From: Candidatus Latescibacterota bacterium
Lineage (GTDB): Bacteria > Latescibacterota > UBA2968 > UBA8231
Assembly: GCA_965243025.1 (NCBI GenBank)
Contig: CBDETY010000003.1
Span: forward strand, 512,001 to 576,000
Length of the DNA stretch: 64,000 nt
Reading direction: 5' to 3'
The notes beneath the pieces were generated by a model. It made no database searches and had not been told where the DNA came from. It was given only the letters and a program-made list of their open reading frames with translations. Positions 57,705-64,000 of the stretch are shown here, piece after piece (the first letter of the stretch is position 1; every line of letters begins with the position of its first letter). A program made the position numbers and the translations under genes.

Positions 57705-59408
57705 ATGCGGGAGCGCCTGACACGCCTCGGGAGGGGAACCGCCGCGCCGATTGCCGCGGTAGGCCTGGCGTACCTGCTGACCCTGCTCTGCTTCGAGCGG
57801 GACGGCATGTGGACCACGGACAACGCCGCCAAGTTCCTGCAGGTGCGGGCCCTGCTGCAGAGCGGCTTCGCGAGCTTCGCCATTCCGTGGCCGGGCAGGA
57901 GCATCGACCCGGAGTTCGTCTACAACCCCCTGCCGTTCCACTTCTCGTCGGTGCGCGGCGGCGAGCTGTACTCGGTGTTCTCTCCCGCCTTCGCCATGGT
58001 GTCGGCGGTTCCGTACGCGCTCCTGGGATACTGGGGGCTCTACCTGCTGCCGTTCGCCTCGGCGCTGCTGATGCTGCGGGCGGTGGCGGAGCTCTGCGCT
58101 CTCGCCGGCGGCGGCGCCGGGGCCCGGCGGGCGGCGGTGCTGGTCGCCGGCCTCGCCACCCCGGTGTGGTTCTACGGCGTCGCCTTCTGGGAACACTGCG
58201 TCGCGGCCTGTCTCTGCCTGTGGGCGCTGCTGTTCTTCGCCCGCTTCGTCGATTCCGGCGCGAGCCGGGACCTGGTGCGGGGCGCGGTGCTCGTCAGCCT
58301 CGCGGTCTATCTCAGGGACGATCTCTACCTGCTGTGCGCGCTGCTGGCCCTGTCGGCAGCTGCCGCCCGCAGAGCGAACCGGCTGTCGACCGCGCTCCGG
58401 TGCGGGGGCGCCATGGCGGTCTGCCTGGCTCCCCTCTGGATCTGGCAGTGGCAGGTCATGGGCAGCCCGCTCGGGCAGCACCTGTCGACCCACCTGTTCT
58501 CTTCGGCGGGAATCCCGGGGCACCTCCTCGACCGTCCGAAGGTGTTCTACAACCTGCTGGCCGCCGCGAGCCCGGCCCCGATCGTTTCCATTTTCCTGTC
58601 GGCGCCGTTCCTCTACGCCTGGCTGCGCCGGCCGCGCTTCGACGACGCCGGCTTCGGCGCCGCCCTGCCCCTGTTCGCCGCCGCAGCGACGGTGAGCGCC
58701 CTGATCTCCTACGGCGGCTACCTCCTCTTCGACAGCACCCTGGCCTACCTGCTGGCCTCGTCGAACAGCCTGTTCGCGGCCGCGCCCCTGGTGATTCTCG
58801 CCTTCCCGCGCTGCGGGGAAGAGGGAGGAACGCGCCGGTGGCTGGGGCGGCTGGCGGCCGCCTACGCCCTGCTCTACGCGGCGGCCGCCCCCGATCTCGG
58901 CTCCTCCGGCCTGCACTGGGGCAACCGCTTCCTGCTGATCCTCTACCCGGTCTGGTCGCTGCTGGCCGCGGTCAACGTCGAGCAGTGGCGGCGGCGGGAA
59001 GGAGGCGGCCGGCGGTCCTGGAGGGACTGGAGCCTCGCCGCGGTCGTCGCCGTCAGCGTCGGGGCGCAGCTGTTCTCCGTCGAGCTGCTGCGCCGCAAGA
59101 AGGAGTTCTCCCACCGGCTCAACGACTTCGTCGCCGCGAGCCCGGAGCAGGTCGTGCTGACGAGCGAGCGCTGGGCGGGGCACGAGCTCCACCGCGTCTT
59201 TTTCGATAAGCCGGTCTTCTACGTCGAGTACCCCCACGCCATGGACGCCCTGCGGCAGAAGCTGAGGCAGGCGGGGTACGACAGCTTCCTGTTTCTGACG
59301 CGGCGGCAGCGAGTCGCCGCGCGGCAGCCCGGGGTCGAAATCGGGGACGGCGGCTTGAACTGGTACGGGATGAAGGCATTTTCAGTCGGCATGGCGTCGC
59401 CGCGGTAG
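57705..59408 (+). CDS. Multi-pass membrane protein, GT-C-like putative glycosyltransferase
   Basis: First TM followed by WTTDNAAKFLQ, YSVFSPAF, TPVWFY...FWEH, WGNRFLL; about 12-13 TM segments and a soluble C-terminal tail. Confidence 0.6.
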   Translation: MRERLTRLGRGTAAPIAAVGLAYLLTLLCFERDGMWTTDNAAKFLQVRALLQSGFASFAIPWPGRSIDPEFVYNPLPFHFSSVRGGELYSVFSPAFAMVSAVPYALLGYWGLYLLPFASALLMLRAVAELCALAGGGAGARRAAVLVAGLATPVWFYGVAFWEHCVAACLCLWALLFFARFVDSGASRDLVRGAVLVSLAVYLRDDLYLLCALLALSAAAARRANRLSTALRCGGAMAVCLAPLWIWQWQVMGSPLGQHLSTHLFSSAGIPGHLLDRPKVFYNLLAAASPAPIVSIFLSAPFLYAWLRRPRFDDAGFGAALPLFAAAATVSALISYGGYLLFDSTLAYLLASSNSLFAAAPLVILAFPRCGEEGGTRRWLGRLAAAYALLYAAAAPDLGSSGLHWGNRFLLILYPVWSLLAAVNVEQWRRREGGGRRSWRDWSLAAVVAVSVGAQLFSVELLRRKKEFSHRLNDFVAASPEQVVLTSERWAGHELHRVFFDKPVFYVEYPHAMDALRQKLRQAGYDSFLFLTRRQRVAARQPGVEIGDGGLNWYGMKAFSVGMASPR

Positions 59409-59465
59409 CCGGAAGCGGATCGGCGGCGCCTCGCGCACCCCATTGACAGAAACCGGAGGAACCAC

Positions 59466-60560
59466 GTGTCCGAGCGCAGATTCACCCGTCGCAGCGACCG
59501 CGACCTCGTCCGGGTCGGCGTCATCACCGGAAACGGCGGCCACACCCTGGGCATCTGGGGGGAGAAGATGAACCCCACCGGCGATTTCATCCGCACCACG
59601 GGGATGATCCTGACCCACGTGTGGAGCGTGCGCCCGCAGTTCGCCGCGCAGGTGGCCGGCAAGTTCCGGGAGACGGTCGCCGTCGAGGACCCGCGCGACA
59701 TGATCGGCCAGGTCGACGGCGTCATCGTCGACGACATCACCGCGATCTCCCTCTACCCGGCGCTGTCGCGGCCCTTCCTCGAGGCCGGGATCCCGACCTT
59801 CGTCAACCGCCCCTTCGCCACCTCCCTGGCCAAGGGCCGGGAGATGATCGACTGCGCCGAAAAGCACGGCGCGGCCCTGTACACGATGTCGTCCTGGGAG
59901 GCTTCGGAGAGCATCGGCGACCTGCGGCTCAAGCTGGCCAACATGGGGGCGATCAAGGGGTACGTCGCCCACAACTCCGCCAGCGACTACTACTCCCACG
60001 GCCTGCACGGGGTCTGGTACATCTACGCCGCCCTCAAGGAGGAGATCGAAAAGGGCCGGGTGCGCCTGGCCGCGGCGGCGTACCACACGCATGACTGGCG
60101 GACCCCGGGGGGCGTGATCGTCTTCGAGCACGAGGGCCCGCAAGGCCCCTTCCACGGGGCCCTGCACCAGGTTTCGGGAGCGGACGGAAACGGGTACATG
60201 CGCGTATTCGGACCGGCGGAGTTCGGCGACGCCGAGGGCCGCGTCCCGGCGAGCCCCCAGCATTTCATGTACAACACCTGGAACTCGGCGCAGCTCGTGC
60301 TCCAGGAGATGTTCGAGACCGGCAGGTCGCCGGAAACCGCGGAGACGATGATGGAGAAGCTGCGCATGTTCCTGCTGCCGTTCTACTCCGTTCTCGAGAA
60401 GGGAGGGGAGATGGCGAGGCTGGAGGAGATCGAGGACTGGGAGCTGCCGCGGCCGTCGGAGGCGCTGATGAAGGACGGCCATCCGACAGACAGCGCCTTC
60501 GGGGTCCTTTACAGCGACGGCGAGATCGAGGCGGTCGCCCGCCGGCTCGGGGCGGCTTGA
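59466..60560 (+). CDS. Gfo/Idh/MocA-like oxidoreductase (divergent)
   Basis: VRVGVI..GGHT, DMIGQVDGV, PFLEAGIPTFVNRPFA, YYSHGLHG; GGAGG RBS. Confidence 0.7.
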   Translation: MSERRFTRRSDRDLVRVGVITGNGGHTLGIWGEKMNPTGDFIRTTGMILTHVWSVRPQFAAQVAGKFRETVAVEDPRDMIGQVDGVIVDDITAISLYPALSRPFLEAGIPTFVNRPFATSLAKGREMIDCAEKHGAALYTMSSWEASESIGDLRLKLANMGAIKGYVAHNSASDYYSHGLHGVWYIYAALKEEIEKGRVRLAAAAYHTHDWRTPGGVIVFEHEGPQGPFHGALHQVSGADGNGYMRVFGPAEFGDAEGRVPASPQHFMYNTWNSAQLVLQEMFETGRSPETAETMMEKLRMFLLPFYSVLEKGGEMARLEEIEDWELPRPSEALMKDGHPTDSAFGVLYSDGEIEAVARRLGAA

Positions 60561-60697
60561 GGACAGGATTTTCGGGAGCTGTCCCCTTGCCCTTGTTCCG
60601 CGAACCCCGGTCGCAGCGGCCGCTCCCTTCTGTCCGCGCCGGCGGTAAATTCCCAGAAGGGCCAAGAGGATTCTGACCGACCTGATGGAACGAACCG

Positions 60698-62317
60698 ATG
60701 CCGGTAACCCTGGCTGAAGAGCACCGCCGGGCCGCCGCCCGGCGCCGGCGCATCGTCGTCAACTTCGACGTCACCTTCGCCATCAACGTCCACCACCGGA
60801 AAAACGGCGGCGCCGTCGACCTGCCGCGGCTGATCGATCACCTGTTCGAGTTCGCCGACGCCGGGGGCTCGCAGATCGACGCCGTCTGGTGGAACTGGGG
60901 AGAGGGGAACCAGGCCCCGTACCCCAGCGGCCGGCTGCCGCTTTACGACCACCCGCTGTACCGCGGCTGGGCCGAGGAGGGGACCGATATCGTCGGCATC
61001 CTGCTCGAGGAGACGCGCCGCCGCGGCCTCGAAGCCTTCTTCTCGCACCGCATGAACGGCTCCGACAACGACCTCGGGCCGTTCGCCGTCATTCCCGCCA
61101 AGGCAGCGCACCCGGAGTGGACCTTCCGCACCCCCTGGTGCACCCACGAGCACAACCGCTACTGGGACTTTTCCCACCCCGAAGTGCGGGAGTACGTCCT
61201 GGAGAACCTGCGGGAGGTCGCCGGGCGCTGGCCGTTCGACGGCTTCGAGCTCGACTTCGCCCGCGGGGTCTGTTTCCCGGAGGGAACCGCCTGGCTCCGG
61301 CGCGACTGCATGACCGGTTTCGTGCGCAGCATGCGGGAGATGCTGCTGCAGACCGGGAAGGAGCGCGGGCGGCCGATGCTGCTGGCGGCGCGGGTCCCCG
61401 AAAACCTCGCCGGCTGCCGCTTCGACGGCCTCGACGTCGAGACCTGGGCGCGGGAGGAGCTGGTCGACCTGCTGGTGCCCGGGGTGCGCTCCCTCGACGT
61501 CGACCTCGCCGGTTTCCGGAGGATCTGCGGGGGCACGCAGATCCGGCTCTACCCCAGCATCGACGACCACCACGCCTCGGACGGGTACCAGAACCCTGGG
61601 ATCGAGCTGTTCCGCGGGCTCGCGGCCACCTGGCGGCGGGACGGCGCCGACGGCCTGCACACCTTCAACTTCAACTTCGGCGCCGATGCGCCGTACGCCG
61701 GCCAGGACTGGCGCAGCCACCTGCAGGCGTACCGGGAGCTGGGCAGCCCGGATACCATCAGGGGAAAGGACAAGCTGTTCGTGGTCCAGCGCCGCGGCGG
61801 CGGCCACGGCCCCTCGGTGATCCCCAACCCCGAGGACTGGTACACCCCCCGCTACTGGTACGCCAACACCAACATGCTGGCGCCGCTGCCTGCCGACCTC
61901 GACCACAGCGGCAGGACCGACACCCTGCTGCCCCTGCGGGTCGGGGACGATGTCGAAGCAGAAGCGGAGGCGGCTTCCCTGTCGTTGCGCCTGCTGCTCT
62001 CGGATCCCGACGCCGCCAGGCTACCCGAAAACCAACGCCTTCCGGCGGTGGAGATAGCGGCCATCGGGCATGCCGGAGGCCTGATGAACGAACCGCCCGC
62101 AACCGGCATAGCGGAAAGGATCGAGGTGCGCCTGAACAACTGCCTGCTCGAGCGTTGCGAGGCGGTGGACGGCTGGCTGGTCTTTCCGGTCGAACCGCGG
62201 CTGGCAGCGGCCGGGGAGAACCTTGTCGGGGTCCGCCTCCTCGGAGGGGAGGAGGCGGCGGAGCCGGTGCGGGTCGAGAAGCTCGAGCTCCTGGTGCGTT
62301 ACTCAGGGCAGGGGTGA
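60698..62317 (+). CDS. GH10-like (GHL10) TIM-barrel protein
   Basis: RRRRIVVNFD, SQIDAVWW, FFSHRMN, HPEW, WDFSHPEVRE...DGFELDF.R, DVETWAREELVD, GADGLHTFN. Confidence 0.65.
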   Translation: MPVTLAEEHRRAAARRRRIVVNFDVTFAINVHHRKNGGAVDLPRLIDHLFEFADAGGSQIDAVWWNWGEGNQAPYPSGRLPLYDHPLYRGWAEEGTDIVGILLEETRRRGLEAFFSHRMNGSDNDLGPFAVIPAKAAHPEWTFRTPWCTHEHNRYWDFSHPEVREYVLENLREVAGRWPFDGFELDFARGVCFPEGTAWLRRDCMTGFVRSMREMLLQTGKERGRPMLLAARVPENLAGCRFDGLDVETWAREELVDLLVPGVRSLDVDLAGFRRICGGTQIRLYPSIDDHHASDGYQNPGIELFRGLAATWRRDGADGLHTFNFNFGADAPYAGQDWRSHLQAYRELGSPDTIRGKDKLFVVQRRGGGHGPSVIPNPEDWYTPRYWYANTNMLAPLPADLDHSGRTDTLLPLRVGDDVEAEAEAASLSLRLLLSDPDAARLPENQRLPAVEIAAIGHAGGLMNEPPATGIAERIEVRLNNCLLERCEAVDGWLVFPVEPRLAAAGENLVGVRLLGGEEAAEPVRVEKLELLVRYSGQG

Positions 62318-62483
62318 GATCGAGGCTGCCATTGTGCTGGTACTGAGATACTGGTGCTCGAGTTTGTTTTGTTGACGAGATTTTCAATGGGCGGGATAGC
62401 AAGGCTGCCCGAAAGTTTTGTCCGCGCTCCATTTGGCCGATAGCCGTTCGAAAGCTGCCACCGATAGACGAGGTCAAGGGAAC

Positions 62484-62804
62484 ATGGTGCGCATTCCCAC
62501 ACATCGAGAACCTGTTCATCCCGGCACGATGCTCATCGAGGAGTTCCTGAAGCCGATGGGGCTTACTCAGCAGGAGTTGGCGGATGGGATTCGCGTTCCT
62601 TACCAGCGAGTCAACGAACTGGTGAACCGGCGTCGAGGAGTCACACCCGGTACTGCTCTGAGACTGGCCAGGTTCTTCCGGATGACGCCAGACTTCTGGC
62701 TGAACCTCCAACTCCGTTGGGATCTCTACCACGCCATGCAGTCCGAGGCGTCGGAGTTGAAAAAGATCCACCCCAGCCATGCTGCGGGTGGGCAGGCAGC
62801 ATAA
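62484..62804 (+). CDS. higA: HigA family antitoxin (XRE HTH), no cognate toxin seen
   Basis: PVHPGTMLIEEFLKPMGLTQQELA..RVNELVN..RGVTPGTALRLARFF..TPDFWLNLQ..WDL. Confidence 0.88.
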   Translation: MVRIPTHREPVHPGTMLIEEFLKPMGLTQQELADGIRVPYQRVNELVNRRRGVTPGTALRLARFFRMTPDFWLNLQLRWDLYHAMQSEASELKKIHPSHAAGGQAA

Positions 62805-63040
62805 GCCCGGGTCGCGGGCGACCCAAAGGCCGGGCCCTGTTGCTGGGCGAGGTCAAATGGCGGGAGCGGCCGGATCAGGGCGTCCTTTTCGAGCGTTTAC
62901 GGTACTGTGCCGGGAACTTTCCCCGGTCACGGGGAAGGAAGGTGATTCTGGGTGCCTGGTTGAAGCAGGGTGGAGGAGCTGATCCCGGGCCCGGGGAATT
63001 CGTGGTCGATCCGGAGGGAACACTCGCCGTGCTGCGCTGA
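62805..63040 (+). pseudogene. C-terminal remnant of an ATPase with DUF234-like nuclease domain
   Basis: GRALLLGEVKWRE...VILGAWLK...VVDPEGTLAVLR*; the 'GEVKW' motif with no N-terminal ATPase part. Confidence 0.45.
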
Positions 63041-63328
63041 GGTGGAGCTTACACCGGTGCGGATCGTCTGGCTGACGTTGGATATGCGGGTGAGCGGTTC
63101 CTTGCTACGTCCTGAACAAAGGCAGCCGCTTGTCGGAGGAATTCGGGGTGGATCCGGAGGCGGGAAATCGAAGTGCCTGTCAACGCGCTGTGCAGGACGT
63201 CAGGTTCTGCTGCTATCTGTCTCGATCACGTCGATAATCGGTATCGCCTCCTTGGCAATTTCAATGAACCTGTCCATGATGTTGGATTTCCCTCGTATGG
63301 CGAATTGATTCCGGCCGAGCCGGTTCCC

Positions 63329-63679
63329 TCATTCCGGGGGAAGGCGGAGGGGCAATGCGGCCCGCAGCGCGCCGATTACTCTGCGCTGATCATTCTTCTC
63401 CAAGCGACCCACCGTGCCGAGGATGAGTCCGTTGTCGAGCGTGAACATCTTCATCCGGGCAATGCAGGGTTTTCGCAAGCCGGCCTCGCTCCACTGATCG
63501 AGGGACACGTCGAGATGCCAGGCGCTGCGGCTGGCGCTGGTGATCATCATGAGCAGGGTTGAGGCGTTTTTTCGGTTGAATGTCCGGTCGGACAGAACCA
63601 GTGCCTTGCGGCGTTTGGAGCGGGGCAGGTCGCTGAACGGAAAAGGCACGTCGACGACGTCGAATTGGCTACAAGTCAT
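63329..63679 (-). CDS. Type II toxin, PemK/MazF family
   Basis: FDVVDVPFPFSD..SKRRKALVLS, MMITS, AGLRKPC..RMK. Confidence 0.88.
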   Translation of the reverse strand: MTCSQFDVVDVPFPFSDLPRSKRRKALVLSDRTFNRKNASTLLMMITSASRSAWHLDVSLDQWSEAGLRKPCIARMKMFTLDNGLILGTVGRLEKNDQRRVIGALRAALPLRLPPE

Positions 63680-63890
63680 CGTCTTCCCCGTCCTGCCACT
63701 CCGTCAGGGTCCGTTCGAGGGCTCTTGCCCACTCCAGGTCGATCCTCGAAGCCTTGTGGATTCTGACCTTGTCGCCGTCAACTTCGTAGGCGATGGCGTC
63801 TCCCGGATGCAGATCCAGGGAACGGCGGATGGCTACGGGAACCGTGGTCTGTCCCTTGGATGAGATTGTGCTGATTCTGACCGGATCCAA
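63669..63890 (-). CDS. AbrB/MazE/SpoVT family antitoxin
   Basis: STISSKGQTTVPVAIRRSLDLHPGD; acidic tail LTEWQDGEDDDL; overlaps the toxin start. Confidence 0.88.
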   Translation of the reverse strand: MDPVRISTISSKGQTTVPVAIRRSLDLHPGDAIAYEVDGDKVRIHKASRIDLEWARALERTLTEWQDGEDDDL

Positions 63891-63916
63891 ATGGGGAGGT
63901 CCTCGCAGGTAGGGAA

Positions 63917-63943
63917 AGTAAAGCTTTCTTTGTATTCTTTACT
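63917..63943. promoter_or_regulatory. Probable TA operator palindrome
   Basis: AGTAAAG-N13-CTTTACT in an AT-rich patch just upstream of the antitoxin. Confidence 0.5.
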
Positions 63944-64000
63944 GGTAAGGTGCAGTTGGCCGGGGCGAATTGCAAGTCACCGGCTTCCCGGTCACCCGGC

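Noticed and set aside
1-64000. Natural-product biosynthetic cluster suggested by many oxygenases plus ASPIC/UnbV proteins
   Set aside because: No PKS, NRPS, RiPP precursor or terpene core gene; mixed orientations fit a catabolic paralog-rich genome.

Overview
High-GC (~70% by eye) bacterial DNA, densely coding, with about 50 genes and no rRNA, tRNA, CRISPR array, integrase or intact transposase that I can see. It is dominated by paralogous catabolic enzymes: 10 PhyH-type Fe(II)/2-oxoglutarate dioxygenases, 5 Gfo/Idh/MocA oxidoreductases, 2 HpcH/HpaI aldolases, 2 enolase-superfamily dehydratases, 2 GH10-like TIM barrels and 2 CRTAC1/ASPIC-UnbV proteins. There is also an acyl-CoA ligase/thiolase/DUF35 module, a ferritin, and an atypical PQQ dehydrogenase paired with a cytochrome c. 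This gene content and a secreted protein ending in a 'STWGRIK' tail suggest a Latescibacterota/Poribacteria-like organism (inference, not checked). Small lower-GC accessory genes are interspersed: VapC with a decapitated antitoxin, an AAA-DUF4143 ATPase with an operator-like palindrome, an AlbA_2 protein, an orphan HigA, an intact MazEF-like pair and IS/ATPase scars. The strongest candidate for an undescribed system is at 50.3-62.3 kb: a ~2,140-aa membrane protein fusing a degenerate M28/nicastrin-like ectodomain, two FtsX/MacB-type permease blocks and a DUF6785/DUF6784-like multi-TM domain. No ABC ATPase lies nearby, and the gene is co-oriented with a PHP hydrolase, a GT-C-like glycosyltransferase, an oxidoreductase and a GH10-like hydrolase. 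Both the PHP gene and the giant gene carry single-base homopolymer frameshifts. All family assignments come from motif recognition by eye, not database searches.
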